This document shows positions 1 through 9,234 of a DNA stretch of 64,000 bases, in pieces (within the stretch, counting starts at the first letter, position 1; every line of letters begins with the position of its first letter). The stretch spans positions 160,001 to 224,000 of the forward strand of contig CAWDVR010000006.1 in NCBI GenBank assembly GCA_963805975.1, written 5' to 3'. The notes beneath the pieces are model-generated. The model worked only from the letters and a program-made list of their open reading frames with translations. It made no database searches and was not told the DNA's origin. The position numbers and the translations under genes are program-made. This DNA is from an uncultured Acidobacteriota bacterium. Its GTDB lineage: Bacteria; Acidobacteriota; Thermoanaerobaculia; Multivoradales; SZUA-115.

Positions 1-137
1 CTGCCGCTGGATTTCGTCGAGAAAACCCCTGTGAAATCGTGCGCCGCCATCCACGGCGGTGCTGAAGTGCGCTACTATCTACCCTAGTTTCCAAGCCCGA
101 GACCGAGGTCCAAACGACGGCTCGACGGAGCCTCCCG

Positions 138-1862
138 ATGCGGCATAGCTCTCTCTCATCGCTCGTGCCCGCCGCGCTCGCGGTTCTTCTCTTACTCGCC
201 TCGTGCGACTCCGGCAACCCGGTGGCGCCCCAGGCGCCCGAGGATCCGGGCAACGGCGGCGGCTCGGGCTTCACCGTCACCGTCACCGCCAGCCCGGCGG
301 AGCTCCTCGCCGGCGGCAGCGAGCCCTCGACGCTCACCGTCACCGCCCGCCGCCAGGACAATCAGCAGTCACCGCCGGACGGCACCGCGGCCACGGTCTC
401 CGTAGACCAGGGTAGCCTCGGGGTCAACAACCCGGCAAGCCCGGTGCGCCTCGCCACCGTTCAGCTCGTCAACGGCCAGGGGCAGATCAGCTTCTTCCCC
501 GGCGCCCAGGTGGCGACCGCCAATGTGCTGGCACAGGTGGGACAGAGCCTCGGCCGCGCCACGGTGTCGATGGTCGACGCTCTGCCGAGCAGCTTCTTCA
601 TCACCGGCATCGAGCCCGGCGCGGGCAACGCGTTGGGCGGCGAGCGCGTGCGGGTGCTGGGCGCGGGCTTCAAGGCGCCGGTGCGGGTGACTTTCGGAGG
701 CGTGACCGGGCGCGTGGTGGGGCTCGAGTCGACCTCGGTGATCGTGGTCGACACCCCTCCCGCCTCCCCGACGCCAGCGCCGGGCACTTCCGTGGCGGTG
801 GACGTGGTGGTCACCAACTCGCTCACCGATCCGGCGCCGGTCAGCGACACCCTTCCCGGCGGCTTCTTCTACATCGAGGACCCAGATCCGGTGCCCGACC
901 CGGTGTTCCTCACTGCGGTGCAGCCGGGCTCGGGCGCCGCCACGGGTGGCGAGTCGGCGGTAGTGATCGGCGGTGGCTTCCGCGCGCCGCTGACCGTCGA
1001 GTTCGGTGGTAAGGCGGCGCAGGTGGTGTCGCTCACTTCCACTCGCATTTCCATCCTCACGCCTTCGTCCCCGCAACCCGTGGCCGCCGGCGCCACCCTG
1101 CTGGTGGACGTGAAGGTGGTCTCCGGGCTCGACCAGGCCGTGCCGCAGCAGGCGACCCTGCCCGGCGGCTTCACTTTCCTGGGTGCCGACGCGCCGGTGC
1201 CGGTAGTGGTCTCCTCGCTCTCGCCGAGCGAAGGGCCCTATACCGGCGGCACGGTGGTCACGGTCACCGGCTCGGGCTTCGTGAGCCCCGTCTCCGTGAC
1301 CCTCGGTGGCGTCCGCCAGCAGGCGGAGACGGTGGTGAGCAGCACCGAGATCCGCTTCACCACCACCGCGCTGGCGGTCGCCCAGTGCCCGGCGGGCGGG
1401 GTGGTGCAGGTCTCGGGGCTGACGGTCACCAACCTCGGGACCGGCGCCTCCGGCACCGGCCTCCTGACGTTCAACTACCGCGTGCCGCTGCCGCGCATCC
1501 GCCGCATCTCGCCGACCACCGGACCGCAGGTAGGCAACACCGTGGTGTCCATCGAGGGCGAGGGCTTCGAGAGCCCGGTGCGGGTGAGCTTCAACGAGGG
1601 CACCCAGCAGTTCGCGGGCGTGGTGCAGGGCACGCCGACCGCGACCCTGGTGCGCGCCTCCTCGCCGCGGGTGCCGGACACGCTGTTCCCGGAGGTCGAC
1701 TGCGTGACCGGCGACAACCTGCCGGGCAAGCGCTTCGTGCCGATCGCGGTCGACGTCCAGGTCACCAACCAGGTCACGGGCTGCACGGACACGTTCCCCA
1801 ACGCTTTCACCTACAACCCAACGTTCCCGCAATGCCGCCAGTCGGGACCGTCGCCCCCCTAG
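138..1862 (+). CDS. IPT/TIG repeat-containing lipoprotein
   Basis: Lipobox LLLASC after a hydrophobic signal, an Ig-like domain, then four repeats of the pattern [IV]..P..G...GG..V.[VI].G.GF.....V.FGG typical of IPT/TIG domains. Confidence 0.85.
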   Translation: MRHSSLSSLVPAALAVLLLLASCDSGNPVAPQAPEDPGNGGGSGFTVTVTASPAELLAGGSEPSTLTVTARRQDNQQSPPDGTAATVSVDQGSLGVNNPASPVRLATVQLVNGQGQISFFPGAQVATANVLAQVGQSLGRATVSMVDALPSSFFITGIEPGAGNALGGERVRVLGAGFKAPVRVTFGGVTGRVVGLESTSVIVVDTPPASPTPAPGTSVAVDVVVTNSLTDPAPVSDTLPGGFFYIEDPDPVPDPVFLTAVQPGSGAATGGESAVVIGGGFRAPLTVEFGGKAAQVVSLTSTRISILTPSSPQPVAAGATLLVDVKVVSGLDQAVPQQATLPGGFTFLGADAPVPVVVSSLSPSEGPYTGGTVVTVTGSGFVSPVSVTLGGVRQQAETVVSSTEIRFTTTALAVAQCPAGGVVQVSGLTVTNLGTGASGTGLLTFNYRVPLPRIRRISPTTGPQVGNTVVSIEGEGFESPVRVSFNEGTQQFAGVVQGTPTATLVRASSPRVPDTLFPEVDCVTGDNLPGKRFVPIAVDVQVTNQVTGCTDTFPNAFTYNPTFPQCRQSGPSPP

Positions 1863-1878
1863 CGCAGGAAGAGGCACT

Positions 1879-2117
1879 ATGAGCCGGCGAACCGCTGCCT
1901 TGCCTTGGGGCCTCGCCCTGGCCGCGGTGCTCGCCGGCCCGCCAGCCGCGCGGGCGGCGACGTCACGGTGACGACGGAGCTGACCCTCGAGGGCGCCGCC
2001 GCCGGCGCGACCACCATCGACGTCGACAGTACCGACCGCGCCTTCTACGTGCTGCCCACCATCCTGGGAACACTGGCTCCTGCGTCGGCGTCTTCGAGTT
2101 ACCATTACCAACCATGA
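1879..2117 (+). pseudogene. Frameshifted, truncated remnant of a secreted protein (CSLREA/autotransporter-passenger-like N-terminus)
   Basis: RBS GAGG, then ATG 1879 gives signal peptide MSRRTAALPWGLALAAVLAGPPAARAAT and a premature TGA; another frame continues TVTTELTLEGAAAGATTIDVDSTDRAFYV. One missing base would give ARAATFTVTT. Confidence 0.5.
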
Positions 2118-2758
2118 GCCGGCCGTTCGCCCCTCACGTCGCGGCAGCGATCGGCGCTCCGGGCCGTGCCCAGGCCACTCCGGGCGGCGCCGTCCAGGGG
2201 AGGACAGCCGGCGCCGCCGGTGCCTATGCGCAGCACGTCGAGGCCGGCATCCGGTTCAAGGTGCGAGGCGGAGACGGCCCACTCGCCGGGCGCACCGAGG
2301 CCGCCACCGAGTTCGTCACCTACAACGACAAGAAGCTCGGCAGCTCGCCGCCGCCGCCGCCCAAGCGGCCGGTGTACACGCTCTCCTGCGACGAGAAGGG
2401 CCGGGGCTGCTCGCTGCGCAGCCTGGAGACCGGCCGCGAGGGCCCGGCCGGCGATCTCTATGCCGGCTTCGTGCGCATGCGCCAGGGCGGCAACGTCTAC
2501 GTGTCGCCGCGGCCCGGGGTCGGCCTCCAGGGCGACAGCCATCCCTCGATCGCCTCGCGCACCATGGAGTGGACCATGGGGCGGCGGGTGCTGGTGGCGG
2601 CCGGCGAGGTGGGCATCCGGGCCGGCGAGATCGTGGGCCACAACGACAAGACCGGCCACTTCCAGACGCGCCACAACCGCCAGCAGAGCGGGTTGCCCAC
2701 CGACCGCTTCCATCCCTTCACCCAGGACCCCAAGGACTGGTACAAGCCCAAGAGCTAG
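2114..2758 (+). CDS. Putative polymorphic toxin/effector with low-complexity APHV leader
   Basis: Good codon bias; directly upstream of vgrG; C-terminal HPSIA...VAAGEV...NDKTGHF resembles the H..AAGE..N.SGHY motif of Rhs-type toxin tips and plant IQM proteins. Confidence 0.55.
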   Translation: MSRPFAPHVAAAIGAPGRAQATPGGAVQGRTAGAAGAYAQHVEAGIRFKVRGGDGPLAGRTEAATEFVTYNDKKLGSSPPPPPKRPVYTLSCDEKGRGCSLRSLETGREGPAGDLYAGFVRMRQGGNVYVSPRPGVGLQGDSHPSIASRTMEWTMGRRVLVAAGEVGIRAGEIVGHNDKTGHFQTRHNRQQSGLPTDRFHPFTQDPKDWYKPKS

Positions 2759-2779
2759 TCGGCGACCCCGCGGCCCCGC

Positions 2780-4843
2780 ATGAGCTACGTCGAAGGAAAC
2801 CGCTTCTTTTCGGTCTCGACCCCCTTCGGCAAGGACAAGCTGCTGCTCACCGGCTTCACCGGCGAGGAGCGGATCTCCGGCCTCTTCCATTTCCGGCTCG
2901 AGCTCGCCTCCGAGGACTACGCCCTCGACTTCAAGACCATCGTCGGCAAGGGCGCCACGGTCGCCTTCGTGCTTGCCGACGACAGCAAGCGCTACGTGCA
3001 CGGCATCGTCGGCCGCTTCGCGCAGACCGGCACCCGCGACGGCCTGGCCACCTACCAGGCCGAGCTCCACCCCTGGGCGTGGCTCCTCGGCCTCTCGGCC
3101 GACTGCCGCATCTTCCAGAACAAGAGCGTGCCGGACATCGTGCAGCAGGTCTTCACCGATGCCGGCTTCACCGACTACAAGAGCAGCCTTTCCGCCACCT
3201 ACACGGCGCGCGAGTACTGCGTGCAGTACAACGAGACCGCCCTCGACTTCGTCTCGCGGCTGATGGAGGAGGAGGGGATCTGCTACTTCTTCGAGCACGA
3301 GGACGGCAAGCACACCCTGGTGCTGGCCGACAGCGGCACCGCCTTCCAGGCCTGCCCCGGCGCCACCGAGGTGCTCTACGGCAGCGACGAGAACTGGAAG
3401 CAACAGAACGTGGTCACCTCCTGCGCGCTCGAGGAGAACGTCATCGCCGGCAGCTTCGCCGTCGACGACTTCAACTTCGAGACCCCGTCCACCGACCTGA
3501 TGGCGAAGACCGACTCGAGCGTGGCCCAGAACGGCAGCAAGCGGCGGATCTACGAGTACCCCGGCGGGTTCGCCAAGAAGGCGGAGGGCGACGCCCGCGC
3601 CAAGCTGCGCATCGAGGAGCAGGAGGCGCCGCTGCGCATGCTGCGCGGCGAGAGCTACTGCCGGGCGTTCCTGCCCGGCACCAAGACCACGTTGAAGGAG
3701 CACTTCCGCATCGACGTCAACGCCGCCTACGTGCTGTCGAGCGTCGAGCACCGGGCGGACGCCCAGGGCTACGGCAACTCCTTCGCAGCCTTCCCGGCCG
3801 ACGCCGTGTACCGGCCGCCGCGGCGGACCCGGAAGCCTTTGATCCCCGGCACGCAGACGGCGATCGTGGTGGGCAAGTCGGGCGAGGAGATCTGGACCGA
3901 CAAGTACGGCCGCATCAAGGTGCAGTTCCACTGGGACCAGCTCGGCAAGAACGACGAGACCACGTCCTGCTGGGTGCGCGTGTCCCAGGCCTGGGCGGGC
4001 AAGGCCTGGGGGCGGATCTTCCTGCCGCGCCTCGGCCAGGAGGTGGTGGTCTCCTTCCTCGAGGGCGACCCGGACCGCCCGCTGGTCACCGGCGCGGTCT
4101 ACAACGCGGAGCAGACCGTGCCCTACACCCTGCCCGACGAGCAGACCAAGAGCACGGTCAAGACCAATTCGTCGAAGGGCGGCGGCGGTTTCAACGAGCT
4201 GCGCTTCGAGGACAAGAAGGACTCCGAGGAGATCTTCGTCCAGGCAGAGAAGGACATGAACCGCGTGGTGAAGAACAACGACACGCTGAAGGTGGGATTC
4301 GAGAAGAAGGACAAAGGCAACCAGACGATCGACATCTACAACGACCGCACGGTGACCATCGACCAGGGCAACGAGAGCCTGGAGGTGAAGAAGGGCAACC
4401 GCACGGTGAAGGTCTCGACCGGCAACGAGACGCACGAGGTGAAAGGCACCCGCGACCTGACCGTGACCGGGGCCGAGACCCACACCGACAAGGACGCCTT
4501 CACCCACAGCGTGGACAAGGACTACAAGCTCACAGTGAAGGGCAACCTCACCATCGAGGTCACCGGCACCGTGACCTTCAAGTCCGGCAAGGCGATGACC
4601 ATCGAGTCCGGCGCCACCTTGGGCCTGAAAGCCTCGACCTCGCTCACGGCCGAGGCTGGCACCAGCCTCACCAACAAAGCCGGCACCGCGCTCAGCAACG
4701 AGGCCGGCACCAGTCTCACCAACAAGGGAGCCACCAGCCTCACCAACGAGAGCGTCACCGTCACCAACAAGGCCAGCGCCATGCAGACCGTGGACGGCGG
4801 CGGCATGCTGACGGTGAAGGGCGGGATCGTGAAGATCAACTGA
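2780..4843 (+). CDS. vgrG: Type VI secretion tip/spike protein VgrG (TssI)
   Basis: Motifs CRIFQNKSVPDI, YCVQYNET..DFVSRLMEEEGI, DKYGRIKVQFHWD, WVRVSQAWAG, PRLGQEVVVSFLEGDPDRP, NELRFEDK; gp5-like C-terminal repeats; no toxin extension. Confidence 0.97.
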   Translation: MSYVEGNRFFSVSTPFGKDKLLLTGFTGEERISGLFHFRLELASEDYALDFKTIVGKGATVAFVLADDSKRYVHGIVGRFAQTGTRDGLATYQAELHPWAWLLGLSADCRIFQNKSVPDIVQQVFTDAGFTDYKSSLSATYTAREYCVQYNETALDFVSRLMEEEGICYFFEHEDGKHTLVLADSGTAFQACPGATEVLYGSDENWKQQNVVTSCALEENVIAGSFAVDDFNFETPSTDLMAKTDSSVAQNGSKRRIYEYPGGFAKKAEGDARAKLRIEEQEAPLRMLRGESYCRAFLPGTKTTLKEHFRIDVNAAYVLSSVEHRADAQGYGNSFAAFPADAVYRPPRRTRKPLIPGTQTAIVVGKSGEEIWTDKYGRIKVQFHWDQLGKNDETTSCWVRVSQAWAGKAWGRIFLPRLGQEVVVSFLEGDPDRPLVTGAVYNAEQTVPYTLPDEQTKSTVKTNSSKGGGGFNELRFEDKKDSEEIFVQAEKDMNRVVKNNDTLKVGFEKKDKGNQTIDIYNDRTVTIDQGNESLEVKKGNRTVKVSTGNETHEVKGTRDLTVTGAETHTDKDAFTHSVDKDYKLTVKGNLTIEVTGTVTFKSGKAMTIESGATLGLKASTSLTAEAGTSLTNKAGTALSNEAGTSLTNKGATSLTNESVTVTNKASAMQTVDGGGMLTVKGGIVKIN
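4655..4750 (+). repeat. Four 24-bp coding repeats (AGTSLTNK-like) in the VgrG beta-helix
   Basis: AGTSLTNK/AGTALSNE/AGTSLTNK/GATSLTNE. Confidence 0.8.
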
Positions 4844-4858
4844 GCGGCTCGCCGCTCA
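4841..4858. terminator. Hairpin whose ends are the stop codons of two convergent genes
   Basis: TGAGCGG-CTCG-CCGCTCA. Confidence 0.5.
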
Positions 4859-5929
4859 CAGCCTCTCTGCAACAACCAGGTGGACCCGGTACTCCATCGT
4901 GCTCCGCTCGTGCAGGCGGACGCGCCAGGGCAGGTCGGTCTCCTCGGCGACGAGGCGCAGGCCGGCGAGGCTCGCCGGGTGGGCGCCGGGGATGAGCAGG
5001 GCGCGCAGCACGGGCTCGGCGGCGCCCTCGGCCGGCCCGCGCTGGGAGTGGCCGCCGAGCCAGCCCTCGAAGGCGGTGGCGGAGGGCGACCAGTCGTAGG
5101 GCGTGGTGAGGATCGCCTTGCCGCCGGGGACGAGCAGGCGCTCGATAGCGGCGAGCACGGCGAGCGGCGAGGCCACGCAGTCCAGGAGGTTGAGGCCGGC
5201 GACCAGCGCGAAGGTGCCGTCCGCCAGAGGCGGCGCCGTGGCGTCGAAGGCCCAGAAGTCCACCTGCCCTGCGGCCGGCAGCTCCACTGCGTAGGAGCGG
5301 CGGTCGTAGACCACCCCGACCCGCCGCCGCGGGTACTGCACTTCGCCGCGTTGGAGCGCGCGCGCCGCCACGCGGAGCATGCCGACGTTGAGGTCGGCGC
5401 CCAGGGTCAGGCGGCCGGTGGCGCGCGCCAGCTCGAAGGTGGTGCCACCCACGGCGCAGCCGAGGTCGAGAACGGGCCCGGCAGGCAGCTCGCCGGCCAG
5501 CTCGAGGCCGCGGGCAAGGAGCGCCGCCGCCGCACCGGGCGGCGAAACACTCGCACCCGCGGCCGGGTCGAGACCGCCATAGTGGTCCCAGGCGTAGGCG
5601 GAGAGGTAGTGGCGGGCACTGTCGAAGGCGGAGCCCGGGCCACAGCAGTCGCCGATCAGGCTCTCCAGGGCTGCCGGCAGATCCTCGCGCCCGCAGATCG
5701 CGCCTACGTTGGCCGCCACGTAGGCCCGCAGGTCCGCCATCAACAGAGGCACCCCGTCGATCACCGGCACCTCCCGGCGGCAGTCCGGCGCCGGGCAGGC
5801 GAGGATGCCGTGCAGGATGGCCTCGTCTTGGCCGAGCAGCACGCTCGCGACCACGAGCCGCCGGTCCGCGCCGCGCGCGCGGCAGACGGGGCAGAGCGGA
5901 GCGAGGGTTTCGAGGTGAGATGGCTGCAA
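4856..5929 (-). CDS. Class I SAM-dependent methyltransferase with N-terminal Trm112-like zinc ribbon
   Basis: Probable TTG start at 5929; CPVC...ILACPAPDCRREVPVIDGVPLL; motif I VLDLGCAVG; 14 bp downstream of PAAR. Confidence 0.8.
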   Translation of the reverse strand: MQPSHLETLAPLCPVCRARGADRRLVVASVLLGQDEAILHGILACPAPDCRREVPVIDGVPLLMADLRAYVAANVGAICGREDLPAALESLIGDCCGPGSAFDSARHYLSAYAWDHYGGLDPAAGASVSPPGAAAALLARGLELAGELPAGPVLDLGCAVGGTTFELARATGRLTLGADLNVGMLRVAARALQRGEVQYPRRRVGVVYDRRSYAVELPAAGQVDFWAFDATAPPLADGTFALVAGLNLLDCVASPLAVLAAIERLLVPGGKAILTTPYDWSPSATAFEGWLGGHSQRGPAEGAAEPVLRALLIPGAHPASLAGLRLVAEETDLPWRVRLHERSTMEYRVHLVVAERL

Positions 5930-5943
5930 GCGCCGCCCTGCGA

Positions 5944-6330
5944 TCAGCCGCCGATGAGCACGGTGGGGCAGCCGGGCGGCAGCACCTTGCCCGTCGGACC
6001 GGGGATGGGAGCCACGCAGCTCGCGTGCAAGGTCATGTCGTTCATCCGGGCGGCCGGCATGTTCTCGATCAGCACGGTGAAGCCGCCGATCTGCACCATG
6101 CCCGGCCCTCCCGGCACGCAGCCCGGCAGCATGCAGGGAGCGGTGGTGTCCGTCACGCGCGCGGCCGGCAGGTTGCCGATCATCACCGTGGGCGCGCCCT
6201 TGATGATCGCCAGCGGCAGCGCGGGGTGGGGAACGGGTGTGGGCACCGGCGCCGCCGGGTGGATGGGCGCGTGGCAGTGCGGCGCATCCTGGAGCACCAG
6301 GTCGGACATGCGGGCGGCGGGGTTTCCCAT
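5944..6330 (-). CDS. PAAR domain spike-tip protein
   Basis: Three PAAR motifs (PAARMSD, PAARVTD, PAARMND) with His/Cys metal ligands; ends GCPTVLIGG. Confidence 0.95.
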   Translation of the reverse strand: MGNPAARMSDLVLQDAPHCHAPIHPAAPVPTPVPHPALPLAIIKGAPTVMIGNLPAARVTDTTAPCMLPGCVPGGPGMVQIGGFTVLIENMPAARMNDMTLHASCVAPIPGPTGKVLPPGCPTVLIGG

Positions 6331-6405
6331 CGTCGTGGCTCAGGTCGTTCGATCGCTGGGGCTGAGTTGCTATTCTAGGCCGAGCCCTGGAAAAGTGAGG
6401 CCCCG

Positions 6406-7122
6406 ATGAACGAGGCAATAGCGCACGAGCCGGTCGAGGACGTGGAGCGCGACGAGCAGGGCCGTGTCGTGCGCCGGCAGACGCTGGTCGGAGGTCGCCT
6501 GCACGGGGAGGTCCTGACCTACGGCGAGGCGGGCCAGGTGCTGCGCCGCGAGCGCTTCGCGGCGGGCAAGCTCGAGGGCGAGGCCGTGGAGCACGATGCC
6601 GCGGGAAAGTTGGTGCAGCGCGCCGAGTTCCAGGCCGGCGCGCCGCATGGCGCGGTGGTGAGCTACGACGCCGAGGGTCGGGTCGCGCACAGCTTCCAGT
6701 TCTTCCACGGCAAGCTCGACGGCGAGGCGGCGATCTTCGAGCAGGGCCAGAAGCAGGCGGTGATCCACTACCGCGACGGCCTGCAGGACGGCGAGATGGT
6801 CTCGTTCGGCGAGGACGGCCTGCCGCTCGCCCGACGCCACTACCGGGCCGGAAAGCTCCACGGCGAGTCCGTGTGGTACGCGCCGCGGGGGATCGTGGCG
6901 CGCAAGGCCGGCTTCGTGGACGGCGTCATGGAAGGCGAGGTGGTGGACTTCTTCGAGGACGGCCGCGTGCGCGAGAAGGCGACCGCACGCCGCGGCAAGA
7001 TCGAAGGCGAGGTCGTGCGCTACCGGACGAACGGCACGGTGAAGGAGACGCAGCGCTTCCAGGCCGGCGAGCCGCTGGGGCCGCCGGTGCCGCACGACGA
7101 GCGCGGGCGTCCTCTGCGCTGA
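6406..7122 (+). CDS. MORN-variant repeat protein (YwqK-like antitoxin family)
   Basis: Repeated G.L.GE...Y...G.V.....F..G.L.G units. Confidence 0.85.
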   Translation: MNEAIAHEPVEDVERDEQGRVVRRQTLVGGRLHGEVLTYGEAGQVLRRERFAAGKLEGEAVEHDAAGKLVQRAEFQAGAPHGAVVSYDAEGRVAHSFQFFHGKLDGEAAIFEQGQKQAVIHYRDGLQDGEMVSFGEDGLPLARRHYRAGKLHGESVWYAPRGIVARKAGFVDGVMEGEVVDFFEDGRVREKATARRGKIEGEVVRYRTNGTVKETQRFQAGEPLGPPVPHDERGRPLR

Positions 7123-7126
7123 CCAG

Positions 7127-7678
7127 ATGGCTCACACCATCTACACCTTCACGCTCCACCGTCTCGGCGTCCTGCTCGTGGCGGTGGGCGCACTGTTCGT
7201 TGGAGGGCTGCTGTTCGCGGCCGGCTGGCTGGTGGGCTCCCGCCAAGCCGCGCCGGCGACGAGCACGGCCGTAGCGGCGCCGGTCGCGGCCCCGGCAACC
7301 GGCGAGCCCACGTCCCAGGCCGCCGTGCCCCCTGCCGCGGCCTCGACAGCTCCTGGCGCACCGCCCCCGGCCTCTGCTGAGGCGGCACCGGCAGACGGCT
7401 CGGCCCTCCTTCCGGCCACGACCTTCGCGCTGGAGGTCGGCGTCTTCGTCGGCGAGGAAGAAGCCAAGGGCCTCGTTTCGGCGCTGCAGCAGCGGGGCTT
7501 CGAGCCGGTGGTGGTCGAACAGCCGGGCCCGCGCGACCACACACTGTTCCGGGTGATGGTCGGCAGCTATGCCAGCCGGCTGGAGGCGACCCAGGCGGCA
7601 GAGGCTTTCTTTCGCGAAGAGGACAAGAGGGCGGTGGTGGTCGAAGCGCGGCTGCCGAAGCCTACTTCTTCAAAGTGA
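7127..7678 (+). CDS. Membrane-anchored SPOR-domain protein
   Basis: N-terminal TM helix, Ala/Pro linker, SPOR pattern FALEVGVF...EA..LV..L...GF.......FRVMVGSY.SR.EA. Confidence 0.85.
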   Translation: MAHTIYTFTLHRLGVLLVAVGALFVGGLLFAAGWLVGSRQAAPATSTAVAAPVAAPATGEPTSQAAVPPAAASTAPGAPPPASAEAAPADGSALLPATTFALEVGVFVGEEEAKGLVSALQQRGFEPVVVEQPGPRDHTLFRVMVGSYASRLEATQAAEAFFREEDKRAVVVEARLPKPTSSK

Positions 7679-8945
7679 TCGCCACCATCCAGGAGCTGGC
7701 CCGCCAGTTGCCGTTGATGCCGTCGATATTCGTGCGCACGATCCGCTGGTCGTAGGTCGTCCAGGCGAACGCCACGTCCAGCCAGTCCACGCCGAAGCCC
7801 GCTGCGAGCACCGTGCGGTTGGAGTCGGGCAGCAGGGGGCCCACGGTGAAGTCCGGCTGCGGGCTCTCCTCGAAGGCGCCGCCGAAGCGGAACTGCGGTC
7901 CGGTCGGCCGTTTGATGAGCAGCCCGGCCCGGTAGCTCAGGCTGTCCTCGAAGCTCTGGGTGAAGGTCTGGTCGAGGATCGGCGCGCCGGAATAGGTGAA
8001 GGCGAGCTCGCGGAAGGTCTTCCAGCCGGTGCGGTTGACGTCGAGCTCCAGCGTGATCGATTTCGAGAGGCCGATCGCGATGCCCAGCGTGGCCACGTCC
8101 GGCAGCTCGAGCCGGGTCTCCAGGGCGAGGTCGCGGTCCAGCGGCAGGGTGGCGGCGAAGAGGTCGTCGAGCTGCTGGTTGCCGGTCGAGATCTGGGTCA
8201 TGCGGCCCACGCCCGGCAGGTCGATCGACATCTTGCTGCGGTAGGCGAGACCGTAGGAGAAGCGGGGCGAGACCTTGTGCAGCAGCCCCACGTTCCACCC
8301 GAAGCCGGCCTCCATGTCGGTCTTCTGGTGGACGCTCGCGGCATCCACCAGCCGGCCGTTGAAGGGATTGAGGGCGGCATAGCGGCGGTCGGTCGCGACC
8401 TCGGCCGTGCGGTAGGTCGCGCCCAGGCCGATCCCGAGGTTCGGCGTGAGGGCGAACGCCACGGTGGGGTTCACGTCGTAGGTGGTGATCTCGGCGCCGG
8501 TCGCCAAGAAGCGGCCGGCGAAGGTCGCCTCGCCCTGCCACTCGGTCGAGAGCAGGAAGGGCGAGTAGATGCCCACGCCCACGACGCCCCTCTCGCCCAG
8601 CGGCAGCACGCCGTAGAGGTGCGCGGGCAGCTCGAATGGGGTTTCCTGCTCGGCGGCAGTGCCGGCCCCGACACCAGGCGCCAAGCCCTGGTAGAGCGAC
8701 TCGTTGCGCTTCGAGACCGTGAGGCCCAGGGCCCCTGCCTTCTTCTTCTTGAGCAGGGCCAGCCCGCCGGGGTTGTAGAAGAGGGCGCTGGCGTCGTCCG
8801 CCTGGGCGGCGAAAGCCCCGGCGAGGCCCGTGGCCTTGGCACCCTGGTCGAAGAAGGCGAAGCCCTCGGCCACGGCCGGCGGCGCAACCAGACCGAATGC
8901 CGCCAGCAGCGCGAGCACCGGAGCTGGACGTTGGATGGAGTGCAA
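7662..8945 (-). CDS. FadL/TodX family outer-membrane long-chain fatty acid transporter
   Basis: Signal peptide, then GFAFFDQG...GLAGAFAAQADDASALFYNPGGL; PLLPDSNR near the C-terminus; start codon uncertain (TTG 8945). Confidence 0.85.
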   Translation of the reverse strand: MHSIQRPAPVLALLAAFGLVAPPAVAEGFAFFDQGAKATGLAGAFAAQADDASALFYNPGGLALLKKKKAGALGLTVSKRNESLYQGLAPGVGAGTAAEQETPFELPAHLYGVLPLGERGVVGVGIYSPFLLSTEWQGEATFAGRFLATGAEITTYDVNPTVAFALTPNLGIGLGATYRTAEVATDRRYAALNPFNGRLVDAASVHQKTDMEAGFGWNVGLLHKVSPRFSYGLAYRSKMSIDLPGVGRMTQISTGNQQLDDLFAATLPLDRDLALETRLELPDVATLGIAIGLSKSITLELDVNRTGWKTFRELAFTYSGAPILDQTFTQSFEDSLSYRAGLLIKRPTGPQFRFGGAFEESPQPDFTVGPLLPDSNRTVLAAGFGVDWLDVAFAWTTYDQRIVRTNIDGINGNWRASSWMVAITLKK

Positions 8946-9234
8946 AGCCCAGGCATTGTGGCACAGCCCCGAGCACCCGCAAACTGGACTGGAGCCTGCG
9001 CCGCGATTCAGCTTGAGCTCCCAGGGCTCTCGGAGGAGCACCGGCGCCTGCTCGGCCAAGCGCTGCACGCGGTGCAGGCCTTCAACTCCCTTGGCAACTC
9101 TGGGTCGCGGCCACCTGCCGACCCGACTAGGGATTATGGTCGCGGAGCGAGGGGGGATCCGGCGCCCGGCGGTGATTCAGCTCGAACTCGCGAAGGCTCC
9201 AGGCTCGGGGCGCAGGAGCGTCGCGGGCCGGCCA

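Noticed and set aside
4856-6418. 520-aa PAAR-methyltransferase fusion
   Set aside because: PAAR is in a different frame with its own stop at 5944; the extension is nonsense sequence
8950-9234. Immunity gene or riboswitch between the deaminase toxin and fadL
   Set aside because: No convincing ORF on the toxin strand; only a short CTGCAC-GCG-GTGCAG hairpin, with no riboswitch consensus I can recognise
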